From the IMG/VR virus record IMGVR_UViG_3300015607_005478: 64,000 nt of DNA. One strand, 5' to 3'. The position numbers and the translations under genes were made by a program. Positions 20,272 through 31,457 of the stretch are shown here, piece by piece. Numbering within the stretch: position 1 is the stretch's first letter; each line of letters opens with the position of its first letter. This DNA comes from an uncultured virus (IMG/VR IMGVR_UViG_3300015607_005478) (lineage: Duplodnaviria; Heunggongvirae; Uroviricota; Caudoviricetes). The notes below the pieces were generated by a model. The model was not told where the DNA came from. It worked only from the letters and a program-made list of their open reading frames with translations, and did no database searches.

Positions 20272-21489
20272 CGCGCATCCACTGCGTCGACTGCGGCGAG
20301 GAACTCTGGGGTGCGGGCGACAGCCATGGTCAGTGCCAGCGCTGTCAGCAACGCGAGCATGATCTCTACGGGCTCGATGAGGACGACGAGGACGAAGACG
20401 TATCGGAGTCGACCAGCGATACGAGGGGCAAATGACTGATCGTTACAAGGGCGTGTACGTCCAGTTCGATCACGACATTCGCGAAGACGACATCGAGGCT
20501 GTCGTGGATGCGTTCAAAGCCTTCCGGTTCGTTGCGAAGGTGCACACGGACCTATCGAAGATTGAGGACGATGGGCCGCGCGAGCTCGCGCGCATCGAGG
20601 TGCGTCAGCAAATTCTCGACGTGCTCTATCCAGATCGGAAGAAGCGATGAGTGCGGGACAGACGAACACCGCCGACACCAAGGAGAAGTGATGACTGATT
20701 ACGATGACTTCAAGAGGTTCTCAGGCACTTCGGCGGCGGACCCGCTTCCGAAGCCGATGCAGGGTAACATCCTCAGCGTTGGGCTCCGGAGCGACGGGAG
20801 CGTGTTCATCATGTCGGCCCCCGGCAAGCCGGGACCGAACACCGCGAACTCGTTCATCATGGATCGCCCCACGGCGCGATGGATCGCGGCGAAAATTCTG
20901 CGACTCACCGCGGAGCTGCCCAGCGATACGAAGGGGTCGCCGTGAAGTCCTCGCCGAAGGTGCTCTACCTAAATCGGTGCCTAGAGTGTGGAGACCGCGA
21001 AGTGTGGTCCACGTTTCTCACCCGATCAGCTTCTGACCGGCACCGTCGCAATCACCGGAACATCTACGGCAAGAAGCACGGTGTCATCGTGGCGAAGTAC
21101 GATCGCGCATCGCAGCCATCATCCGCGGAGAAGAAGACGTGAGTACCATTGTCGTTCGGTGCACCGAATGCGGGTATGAGGGCCATCTGGGGCTCTGCAT
21201 CGATGCGATGCACAAGCGCGCCGAGAAGGCCGAGGCCCGCGTCGCGGAGCTGGAGAAGGAGCGCGACGACCTGCGCGCGACCCTCGGCCTGTACCGCTAC
21301 GAGGACTGCCCCGAGTGTTACGCGCGTGCGGAGATGCTCGCCGACGTCGAGGAGCACCCCGGCATGGCCGTGGTTCGGCCGACTGGTTACAAAATCACGC
21401 ACGAGGAGTCCTGCACCGTGGGGCGGATGATGCCGCGTGAATCGGATTCCGTGAGCGATACGAAGGAGACGAAGGATGGCACCGAATAA
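20268..21489 (+). CDS. Run of six coupled small genes (20268-20435, 20432-20650, 20647-20691, 20691-20945, 20942-21142, 21139-21489)
   Basis: Overlapping stop/start codons; five end in an S/T-(A)-D-T-K/R-like tail. Confidence 0.6.
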
Positions 21490-21647
21490 CACCGGGCTGC
21501 GCATCGTGCGCACGTGGACCGAAGTGAGTGCGCCGTGTGGAAGCCAAGCAACCGATTCCAGCATCCCGTCGCAGGCTGCGCCGATACCGCGTCTACGTGG
21601 GCCACTGGCGTTCGTCGCGGTCGCTTGGTCAACGGGAGGATCGTCGA

Positions 21648-21974
21648 ATGAGCGAGCGTGACCCTAGCAAGGCGGAGTGCGAATGCTGTCCAGGCCTGCG
21701 CCATCGAGCCCGCCTCACCCACGTTGCCGTCCTCGATACCGAGGGTCTCGCTTGGTCCCTGCCGCGCCCGTACCGTCATCACCACGTGCTGCAAATGATG
21801 CACTATTACGGCGCCAAGCAGCGAGAGGGAGGCAACCACGATAACCAGGGCTTCCTCGACGCGTACGGGCACTATCTCACGCGCAAGCAAGCACTCATCA
21901 ATGCGACGTTGCATAACCAGCTCGTCGGCGGCAAGACCATCGCGAACATTCTCACGTCGGAGGACCTGTGGTGA
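21648..21974 (+). CDS. Phage hypothetical protein
   Basis: GGAGG RBS; RHHHVL...QGFLDAYGHYLTRKQA...LTSEDLW, a recurrent phage motif set. Confidence 0.7.
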   Translation: MSERDPSKAECECCPGLRHRARLTHVAVLDTEGLAWSLPRPYRHHHVLQMMHYYGAKQREGGNHDNQGFLDAYGHYLTRKQALINATLHNQLVGGKTIANILTSEDLW

Positions 21975-23170
21975 AAGACAAAGAGCAGCGCTCAAGCGAG
22001 GCGCTGACCGTGTGCACCTGCGGGCACATCAATCGTGAGCACAATGAGCGCGGTGCGTGCGGAGTCGTGATCGACATCCTCAACAACGACTACTGCCCGT
22101 GCAACCTCTTCGCTCCGCGCTCGAACGAGGCGACGCACGCGATCGGCGAACCTCGATGCACCCTATGCGGGTCTGCACGGCTCGTCCGTAACAGCCAACC
22201 CCTCGCGTGCTCGTTCACGCAGTGCAGGGATCCGCTTCACGACTTCTGCGTTGAGAACGGGGTGCGGTGCGGCGCGATCGATCCGCCGTGGCCCGACACC
22301 CTGCCGTGCACGCGCGAGAAGGGTCATCGCGGATCTCATCGATCGGACCGTCTCCCGCCTGAAAATGGGTGGGTCTCCTGGCCGAACGACGAGCCCGGCG
22401 CTTACGACGAGCAGCGCCCGCAAGAGGCGACGACCAAGGAGAACGGCATGCGATGCTCTCATTGCGGAAACGACATTTGCGATCCGTGCTGGAAGGCGCG
22501 CGTGGACCGGCGCATCGGTAGCGACCTCTCAGAGGATGCGCTCGGTCGCATTGAGGGGATGATCCGCGGCGCAAAGAGCGTCGAAGAAATCTGGACGACT
22601 CCCGCCGATGCGATGTCGCTGATCCGCGAGGTTCGCCGACGTCGTGCGGAGGTTGGGGACGAGTACACTCGCGCCAACGCCGTTCGGGACAAGGTCCAGG
22701 TCGATCCGCGCGTCGCCGAGGTCGTCTCGGCCGCCACGGCCCTGTGTGAGGACGAGGATGCCCGAGCCTGGAGCCGCCTGCGTTTCGCCCTTGACGCTCT
22801 GCCGCTAGTCGTGGCTGAGCAACGCCTGGACTATCCACCGAACTTGCCCCGGCGCATGCACGGGCGCCTCGAACGTATGGCAGCCGACCTCCGCTATCGC
22901 GCGCAGACGATCGCCGACGACTCAGACCGCGCGGATGGTGAAGCGCAGGACCAAGAAGTCGAGGACCTCGAGCGCGAAGCGTCAATCGTGGAGCGCTGTG
23001 CAAACGCGCTCGTGGAGATGCTCCAAAAGGAGCAGCGGACGGACCTCTTGCACGTAGAGCCCGATCGCGCGCTGAAGATCGTCGAGGAGTTGAATCACAA
23101 AGCATTCACCTCAGCGAAGAGATTCAAGGAAGCGGTGCTCGCTCGTTTGCGCAAGCTTGCTGAGGAGTGA
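21968..23170 (+). CDS. Mosaic protein of Cys-rich and helical modules joined by EQR linkers
   Basis: EQRSSEA, APRSNEA, EQRPQEA, EQRLD and EQRTD separate the modules. Confidence 0.6.
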   Translation: MVKDKEQRSSEALTVCTCGHINREHNERGACGVVIDILNNDYCPCNLFAPRSNEATHAIGEPRCTLCGSARLVRNSQPLACSFTQCRDPLHDFCVENGVRCGAIDPPWPDTLPCTREKGHRGSHRSDRLPPENGWVSWPNDEPGAYDEQRPQEATTKENGMRCSHCGNDICDPCWKARVDRRIGSDLSEDALGRIEGMIRGAKSVEEIWTTPADAMSLIREVRRRRAEVGDEYTRANAVRDKVQVDPRVAEVVSAATALCEDEDARAWSRLRFALDALPLVVAEQRLDYPPNLPRRMHGRLERMAADLRYRAQTIADDSDRADGEAQDQEVEDLEREASIVERCANALVEMLQKEQRTDLLHVEPDRALKIVEELNHKAFTSAKRFKEAVLARLRKLAEE

Positions 23171-23436
23171 CATATGGATGGCGCCTGGTTTGATGAAGGG
23201 GAGTCCGGTTCGGAATACGAAGGCGCCTTGATCTCGTTCTCGGTGAAGCGCAAAACACCGAGTGACGACATTTGGGTCGCTACGATTCCTCGACTTGGCG
23301 GGCTCTCGCGTCAGGTCATCGAATTTGACGCGCAGAGTCTCGAGGATGCGAAGCTCGCTGTGTGCTTGCGCATCTTCAATTACATGCAGCACGTTGGTGA
23401 TGACGTCGCGAATGCGATGAAGCTGCGGAGGAGAAC

Positions 23437-23745
23437 ATGAGGGATGAAGTGAGGGCCTTCGCACAGGCCATGGAAACGCGCATGGCGGAGTTCGATGAGA
23501 AGAAAGGCGAGGACAGCTGGAAACAGCTCGACTTCCTCGACGCCCCTCCTCTTCTGGCTCGCCTGCAGGAAAAGACACAATCGCTAGTCGCAGCGCAGAA
23601 CGAGCTGTTCCTCGCTGCTGGTCGTAAGGTGCCACGCACGGACCTCGAACCGATCCGCAAGAAGATCCTGCAGGTGGCCGCAGACGTCGGTAACTACGCG
23701 ATGCTCGTCGCCGACGTGACCGGCGCCCTTCCTGACTCTGAGTGA
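23437..23745 (+). CDS. MazG-like all-alpha protein
   Basis: FAQAMETRM...KG..SW...AADVGNYAMLVAD resembles phage MazG-like families; acidic metal ligands look partly lost. Confidence 0.5.
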   Translation: MRDEVRAFAQAMETRMAEFDEKKGEDSWKQLDFLDAPPLLARLQEKTQSLVAAQNELFLAAGRKVPRTDLEPIRKKILQVAADVGNYAMLVADVTGALPDSE

Positions 23746-23748
23746 CAA

Positions 23749-23778
23749 GAGGCCCGGCACACGCCGGGCTTTCTCTTA
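23749..23778 (+). terminator. Intrinsic terminator
   Basis: GGCCCGGC-ACAC-GCCGGGCT followed by TTCTCTT. Confidence 0.7.
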
Positions 23779-25733
23779 GCTGGAGGACTGTTATGAGCAA
23801 AGATCAGGCGGACAAGACGTTGCGCGTGAAGCAGCTCGTCGTCGCACCATTTCAATCCGTCGGTGGCCCGCTGACGTACTCGACCCTCGCGCTCGGCGAG
23901 GATGGTTGCGTCTATCGCTATGACCCGAAGTGCAACGGCTGGTTGCCTTGGCCGATGGAGATTGCTTCGTGCATCGACAAACACGCCGGAGGACGGTGAT
24001 GGCGATTCCTGCATACAGCAATCGTATCTGCGTCCGTCTCGACTTCGTCGTCGAGTTCAAGAAGGATCCGGCTGGCGCCGTATACGTCATGTCGCAGAAC
24101 ATCAGCGAGATGGCCATCGCCGCCATTGAGGCGTCTATTACGCCGAAGATGTTGAAGGAGCGATTCGGCGCTGCTCGGCTACGCGCCGGTGCACGTCTTC
24201 GGGCCGACCAGCTCACCAAAAAGCAAGCAGAGACCCGGCAGCGCGGCGTCGATAACTGGAGAAAGGATCACGGTCTTGGGCCAGAACCGGAAACCAAGTG
24301 GGACGAAGAATCTGGCGAAGTCCCTGAAGAGGGTAGCGACAACGGTAGCGGACGTCGCCGAAAGCCTCGATCTGGAAGCGCAAAGGCGAAAGGAGCGCGC
24401 GGCAAAATACCCGGAGTGCGAAAAGCTAAGCCACGAAAGTGGTAGAAAGCGCGAGCTCCTGAATTTCATCGAGTGGCTTCGTGATGAGAAGAAGATCGAG
24501 CTCGCGGACTCGACGTCGATGGACCGCAACGGTTACCTCGATCCGATCCCAGCCGGCGATAGCCACCTCGAACGTATCGTGCACGCATACCTCGAGATCG
24601 ATTCGGTGGCGCTCGAAAAAGAGCGCCGCGCTATGCTCGATGAGCTGCAGGAGAAGGCGAGTGCCGACTAAGAAGATCACAGACCTTCCGATTGTTGCCG
24701 GGACTGACCCGATCCCACTTGTTGACACGCGTATGGTCAATCGGCAGGCGCTGCCTCGACAAATCAATCAGTCGGAACTGAATCGCTTGCTGAAGCAGCT
24801 CTATCATCTACGCGAGGCGCTCAAGCCCTTTGCGCGCTTTGCAGCGGCGCTCCCGGACATGTCTCCTCCGGGGCAGCCGCCGCGACTCACGGATGTGGGT
24901 CCCGCCATCGCCGCGAAGAATCCACGGAACCCGACGGGAGAAGAGCACGTCGTCACCTTCGCAGACTTTCGACATGCGAAGATGCTCGTGGACCAGCTCG
25001 AGGCCGAAGACTTCGAGCGCTTTCTCGCGCAGACCGAACGGCAGATCTTGGGCATACCCGACAACTGCGCAGCACGTGACTGCTTCAGGCCCATCGAAGG
25101 CACAGAACCGTGGCACTGTGCCGGCTTCTGTTCGCGGGCTTGTGAGGCGCGCACGGCGGCGATGTTGAGGAGCGACTATTGAAAAAGAAACAGAAGCGCG
25201 CACGCCCACCACAGAGCAGGCGCAAGAAGACGTGGCGGACGCTCGAGCGCTCTGCGCGCATCAAAGATGAGGAATACAACAATCGTCTCCGCAACGAGCT
25301 CCAGCACCGGCGGCGCAAGGCGATACTTCAGCAGGCTGAGGAGGACATTCTCGGTCGCAGGCTTGGCACGAGCCTATCGAGCTTCTTCCAGGAGAAACCC
25401 TATGCCCAAAAAGAAGACCCTTTACGAGAGAGTGGCAGCAGCGCAGAAGGCGTGGCGTGAACTCGAGCTAGGCCAGGTTTCGCAAGCAGACAAGCAGCGT
25501 TGCTGGGTTGTGCTTGACGGGCTTACTGCGCTCGACGACGAGCAGGCTGCGTTGAAGGGCGACATCGAGGAGCTCGTTCTCGAGTTCTTCAATCCGAATG
25601 CTGCAGACGATGGCGTAAACGCTTTGCTTCGCCGGCTACTCGACATCGTTATGCCGGCAGCAGTAAAACGGTCACCCGAGGATCAAGCGGCGCTCGACTC
25701 CATCGCGCGCGAGCTCGCGAAGGAGGAAAAGCT

Positions 25734-26138
25734 GTGCCTAAAAGAACGACCGAAGCGCCCGACAAGAGCAGCGATCCGAAAGTCGATGGGCAACGCCGGC
25801 TCCAACAAGCCCGCTTCAGGCTAGGCCTGTATCAGCACTACAAAGGCGGTATTTACACTGCGTTCTGCTTGAGCGTGGATGAAGCGTCGATGGATACGCT
25901 CGTACATTACTACTCTCGTCGTAAGAAGAAGCGATGGACGCGCACGCTCCGGAACTTCAAGGCAAACGTCACCATCGAGTTCGGGCTCGAGGGTTGCGTT
26001 GGGACGGAGTACTACAGTGGTCCGCGTTTCCGCTTCCTGCGGGCGGCTACGCGCGGCGAGCTCATGATCGCCGCCGGCATCCCTTCCGGGCTTAGGGGAG
26101 ATGGTACGCGCGGCCGCCGGCGAGCAAGAGCAGGCTGA
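25734..26138 (+). CDS. DUF1653-like protein
   Basis: GLYQHYKGGIY...LVHYYS...WTRTLRNF...PRFRF. Confidence 0.7.
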   Translation: MPKRTTEAPDKSSDPKVDGQRRLQQARFRLGLYQHYKGGIYTAFCLSVDEASMDTLVHYYSRRKKKRWTRTLRNFKANVTIEFGLEGCVGTEYYSGPRFRFLRAATRGELMIAAGIPSGLRGDGTRGRRRARAG

Positions 26139-26256
26139 TGAAGAGGCCGCAGAAGAACATGATGCGGCCTACTTCTTTCACCTCGCCGTTGTTCTTCACG
26201 GCGAAGTAGAGGACGAGACCGATCAGCGCGACCAACGGAGCGAGGTAGATGACCAT
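26092..26256 (-). CDS. 54-aa two-TM membrane protein (absent from the ORF track)
   Basis: MVIYLAPLVALIGLVLYFAVKNNGEVKEVGRIMFFCGLFISLLLLAGGRAYHLP*; CAGAAT 6 nt upstream of the ATG. Confidence 0.7.
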   Translation of the reverse strand: MVIYLAPLVALIGLVLYFAVKNNGEVKEVGRIMFFCGLFISLLLLAGGRAYHLP

Positions 26257-27156
26257 CGCTCAATTCTGCTGCGCTCTCAGCGATAAGAACAGTGAGGCCG
26301 CGCGTCGCGCGGCGAGGAGGTCACGATGCGTTTGATGTTCCATGATGATGACTGCGGCGAGCTTCTCGACGCTGACGGCCGTTGCCCTAAGTGCAAGTTC
26401 CATCCAGACATGCAGAGTACCGGCTTCAAGGAGGTACCCGACACGCAGGTCGCTGCCGACAAGAAGTTTGGCCGCTCCTTTTTGGGTCCGGGGAGGGAGC
26501 GTGTATGAGCATTGCAAAGTTCATCGTCGAAGCGCAGCTTGACAGCGCCGGCGGCAAGAAGCGCGGAACCGTGTCCATAGATCGTGAGACGAACGTGGTG
26601 ACCGTACGGCCGCTCCGCAGCCACTCGGTTTATCACGCGAAGCTCGACGACCTCGCTGACCTCGTTGTGAAGCGCGCTCTCACCGCGGGCTTCGAGGAGG
26701 TCTACGCGCCGAAGAAGGCTGCACGGAAGAAGCGGTGAGCTGGGAGGACGAGCCGCTCGCGACGCTTCCCGGCTACACCGAAAGTGCCTACGACCCAGCG
26801 ATCCTCTTGCGTCGTGAGTGGTACTGCATCATCTCTTCGCCTCTTCCGGATCGTTTGCTGCACGCAGCAGCGCAGTGCACACCGCACATGCGTGTGCACT
26901 ACGACCTTGAGCATGTACGGCGCACGCTCGAGTACGACTTCCGCTGGGGGAAGGCTAAGCCTTTTGAGCGACGACACATCTTCAAGTTGCTCCTTCCAGA
27001 AGATGAGGCGTGGCCCATGAGCCCTAAGGAGGATTGGCGCTACAATCGGTGGCGAAAAGCCGAAAAGGCATATCCCATCGTTTTCGTAGAGACGGTCACG
27101 CTGTCGAGAAAGAAGAACCTCGCGCTTACCGAGAAACAGATTCTTCGTGGCGGCTG

Positions 27157-27190
27157 AAGAACCTCCGGCGCTTGCGCGCCGGCGTTCTTC
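27157..27190 (+). terminator. Hairpin / probable terminator
   Basis: AAGAAC..CCGGCGC-TTGC-GCGCCGG.GTTCTT just before the GGGGATAAG motif. Confidence 0.55.
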
Positions 27191-29738
27191 CCTAGCCGCA
27201 AAAGAAGCGATCATCTGGGGATAAGGATCATGACCAGCGTGGCGCTGGGTTTTGGGGGTACACATGGCAAGCGTTCGCATCATCAGCACGTTCGAAGTTG
27301 TTCGTCAGATGGGGCCTCTCGTCGTGAAGTCGATCGCCGACGGCGAAGCAGTAGACGACGTCATCGACGGGCCCTCGGAGTTCCGCTTTACGTACCGAGC
27401 GGGCTCCGTTCACAGGTTCATGACGAAGAAGAGCGCCGCAGACTTTGTTGCAACGTACGCCGGAAAGGCTGAATTGCTTTGAACTGTCCGAAGTGCAACT
27501 ACCCCGACGGCCCGAACGTCGGTGATCACTACAAAGGCATCTATACGTCCGGCGAGAAGTGCCCCGGTTGCGGGTTCATCAGAGATGCCTCTGATGTACC
27601 GCTCACGGCGGCCGAGTATCAGCTGTGCCAAGACATGCTGGTCTCGCTCGCGCAGCAAGTTCGCTCGCTGCCGCTCGGGCGTTTCATGCGCATGATTGAG
27701 CGGGCGGAAACGGCTGGCCCCGTGCTCGACCCAACGCTCTTCCTTCGCGGTCAACGTAGCCTCGCCGAGATCAAGAAAATGGCTGAAGGCGCGCTCGGCT
27801 TCCAGAATGCCCTTCCGCCAGTGTGTGCATTCTGCAAGGTTGCTCCTCTGGCGTACGCGGGCGCTGTGTACTGCGGCGCTGCCTGCTCTGCTCGCGCCGA
27901 GGCGCAAAAGGGTCGAGTGTGAGCTGGGTCTTTGTGACGAATTGCATCAATAGCGACGGACCGTCCATTACTGCGATGCAAGCCGCAGCGACACCAGTGA
28001 CCTTTCGCACGATGATGCGTGTGTTGGGCGATGCTTTCGTTGAGAAGCAACGCGAGCTCGGCTACGACGTGGGTTACCAACGCGGAGGCCTGCGCATGTC
28101 GAAGGACTGGGCGGTCTCGTACGCGAAGAGCGTCTATCAGAATCGGCCTTGTTACTACTTCGTGTGGTCACACATCGAATACATCTTCGTGCAGGATGCG
28201 TAGCCGCTTCCTCGCCTTGTTGCGTGCACGCGTACTTTCCATCACCGAGCTTGAGATGCATGGCGCCAAGTCATGCGGGCTGCTCTGCGCTGGTGGAAGT
28301 GAGAACCGTGGTTGTGCCTGCAGTGGGCCGAAGGATTGCTTGATGCGGTCGCATCCGTTTTACGAAAAGTACGTCGAGTATCGCAGCGGCCAGATGGCCG
28401 AGAAATGGAAGGAGTGAATGCCGCCTGCCGTGAGGAAGACTGCAGAGCAGAAGAAGGTCGACGCGTATGTGGATCTTCTTGTCGCCGAGGTAGAGTTCTT
28501 GAAAATGAATGGCTGGATACCGATCAAGCCGATGCGCCCCGGCGGCGAGGTGCGTTGGCGAAACGCTCGCATGGGCACGCTTTCGGCCGTCGGACAAGAT
28601 CAGGCGATACAACTTCAAAAAGAATGGGAACGGGCGTAGCCCGGAGGAGAGAGCTATGACGTTGTCCTTTTCGTTGTGTGAGGGAGTGGCTGCTTCTGGA
28701 ACTTCGCCTTGGCACATCCGCGCGCTCGAAAAGAGCAAGGAGCGCAAGCTCGCGGGTGGGATCGACACGAACTCGCTCTGCCAGCGCGTGAAGGCGCCGA
28801 GCGGGTGGGACGTTGGGGTCGAGTTCATGGACCACGTCAACGGCGACCACATCTGCCGTACGTGCAAGGACCTCTTCATCGACTACCACCGCACCGGCTC
28901 GCTTTACATCGAGCATCAGGGGCGGAAGTACATTAGAATGCGAGACATCGACGGGCTCGAGAAACAGCTTCTCGGTCGGGTCGCGCGAATCACATGGTAC
29001 GTCACGCACCAGCCCACGCCGGAGCTCTTCCTGCTGGAGTGCGGGGTGGAGCGGCGCCTCAACACGAACAGCGAGCGCTGGTTCAAGGAGGAGGAGTTCC
29101 GCTTGGCGGTACCGAAGGAGAAGGTGTCCGCCGCATTCGTCCAGGCACTGCGGTCCCCGCCGCCGGGTGCCCGAGCCAGCACTGGTACGAGCTCCGGCCG
29201 CCGGGGGAACGCATCTCGTCCGAAAACAACAAGCGCCTCACGGCGCTGACTCAGCATGTTCGTCGCGCGCGCCGCCATGGGATGTCTGCCCTCAAGGGTG
29301 ACATCTGGGCGGTCGCGCGCGGTGAGCGAGCTTTTGAATTAGCCCTCCTACCGCTCGCCGGTGTCGTCGGCCAACAGCTCGACGCTCCGTCGATCGCTTC
29401 TTTTCTTATCCGCTACTTGGCGAACGGCTCGCTCGAACAACGCATCGCAGCTACGTACGGTGCTGCCTTCTTTCTGGACAGCCATCGAGAGGTGACGCTA
29501 CTACTCTCGGAACGCGTCGTTCTGGCAAAAGAAGACCGTCTTCTTCTACAGGCGACGCGAGAAGTTCTCGACATCCGCCTTGATACCAAGGACGGAGGAA
29601 AGTGCCGTAAATGCGGTCTGTTGGGTGTAGCTCGAGGCGAACCACAACCAAGGGATCTCGAGGTGCGCCGGCTCGGATGAGCCTCTTTGCGGAATAAGTG
29701 CTCAGGTTCTATTCCGTAACTACAACTGGGAGAGATGC

Positions 29739-30347
29739 ATGGGTTGGGCTAACGAGTGGGTTTCATTCGACACGGAAACGACGGGTTTTGGGCCGAAAGC
29801 TCGCATCCTCGAGATCGGTGTCGTGACCTTCGCTGAGGGCAAGGTCGTACGGGAGTGGTCATCGTTCTTCTGCCCGTCGGACCTCGATTGGGACGCGCCC
29901 AAAGTGAAGGAGGCGCTTGCCATCAACAAGCTGACACGCGAGATGCTGAACGGCGCGCCGACGTTCGAGCAGGTGGTACCGGATCTCCTCGTCGAGCTCT
30001 CCAACTCTCCGCATTGGGTCGCGCACAACGCGGAGTTCGACATGGATATGCTCGGCAACGAGTTTGGGCGTATCGGCAAACCGCGACCAACGCCGAAGCT
30101 GCTCATCTGCACCAAGAATCTCGGCAATCGGTTGAACAACAACCAGCCGCCGAACCGTCTCGAGAACGTTGCGCAGCGTTTCGGCATCCCGCAGGATGGC
30201 GCGCATCGCGCTGTCGTCGACGCGCGCACATGCGGTCTCATCCTTGCGGAGATGCACCGCCGGGCTCTACTCCCGACGGATGACGCCGCCATGGCCACAC
30301 TTTGCCAGGAGACCGCCGCGCAGTGGCGCGGCCGCTACAACCGTTAG
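29739..30347 (+). CDS. DEDDh 3'-5' exonuclease (DnaQ/epsilon-like)
   Basis: FDTETTG, ILEIG, WVAHNAEFDMDML, AHRAVVDA. Confidence 0.92.
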   Translation: MGWANEWVSFDTETTGFGPKARILEIGVVTFAEGKVVREWSSFFCPSDLDWDAPKVKEALAINKLTREMLNGAPTFEQVVPDLLVELSNSPHWVAHNAEFDMDMLGNEFGRIGKPRPTPKLLICTKNLGNRLNNNQPPNRLENVAQRFGIPQDGAHRAVVDARTCGLILAEMHRRALLPTDDAAMATLCQETAAQWRGRYNR

Positions 30348-31457
30348 GAGCCGAATGTCCGTCATCGACCCTCGTTCTCAGCAACTCACGACCATCCACG
30401 ACGAGATGAAGCGCGCACCGAACTTCGGTGTGTTCCTGCAGCTGCAGCAGAAGAAGTTCCAGCTTCAGGACGTCATGCGCAAAGAATGGGACGAGCTCGC
30501 TCGCCTTACGCGCGGCTGGATTTTCGTGCCGCCCAAGCGGTGCTGAGCAAACCGGCGGCCTCCGCCGGAACAAGGGCTTCGAGGGCGGACCCCGCCCGTA
30601 ACCAATGATCGACAACCCTTTCGTTCAACGTTTCACCAAGCTCGTTCTTGAGTGGAATGCCGAAGGCTTCGCCGAGTACATGCTTTGGCGTGCCGTAGAA
30701 GGCAATCCGCTGGGTGTTTGGGCCCTTCCTGAGGTGGTGACGGTGGAGATCATGGAGATCCTCCGCACGCTCCGTGACGACCTCGGCATCTGGCCTTTTT
30801 GGGACCACGACCTGAAGGCCTGGGATGTCGTCAGCGTTCCGGCTTGGCGCGCGCACGCGGCGACGATGTCGCTCGGCGCTATCTTCGATCGCCTGAGGAG
30901 CGTTGCATGATCCAAGGCTCCAAGCTCTGTTTGGTGAAGGTGTGCCCGCACTGCACCGGCAGCGGCCTCCGTATCAGGAAGACGGGAGCGACACAGCTCA
31001 ATGCCGGATTCGGTGTGCCCGGTGAGTCAGTTCCCTGCGCAGAATGCGTCAACGGTTTCTTCTTCGAGGCCGTCAACGAGATATTTGTCGTTGAAGCGCT
31101 TGTTGGTGCGCTCGATGGCGATTCGCGGTTTATCGATGCATTCGACAACTTCACGAAGGATCGCCTACGGGAGATCCGGCAGCGGTTGCTCAAGATCGTG
31201 ACGAAGGCATCAGAAGAGAACATCGTTGTAGGGCCTCCGCAATGAATCACGCGCTTCGTGCGCAGCAGACCGAGCGTCGGCGCGCTCTTCTCTTTGCCAT
31301 GAGTGAGCTCGACGCGGCGCGCGTTCTCATCGAAGAAATGGCGCCGGCGACAGACAACCCCGAGTACATGCTGTGGAAGGCACGCGCCTTGCGTTTTGCC
31401 ATCGCCACGTTGCGGAAGCCGCACTTCCCGGTAAGCCCCCTGATCTAGGAGACAGCC

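Noticed and set aside
17400..21490. CRISPR array or attC integron interpretation of the junction motifs
   Set aside because: The repeats are only 9-13 nt, irregularly spaced by whole genes and non-palindromic; no cas or integrase gene is present.
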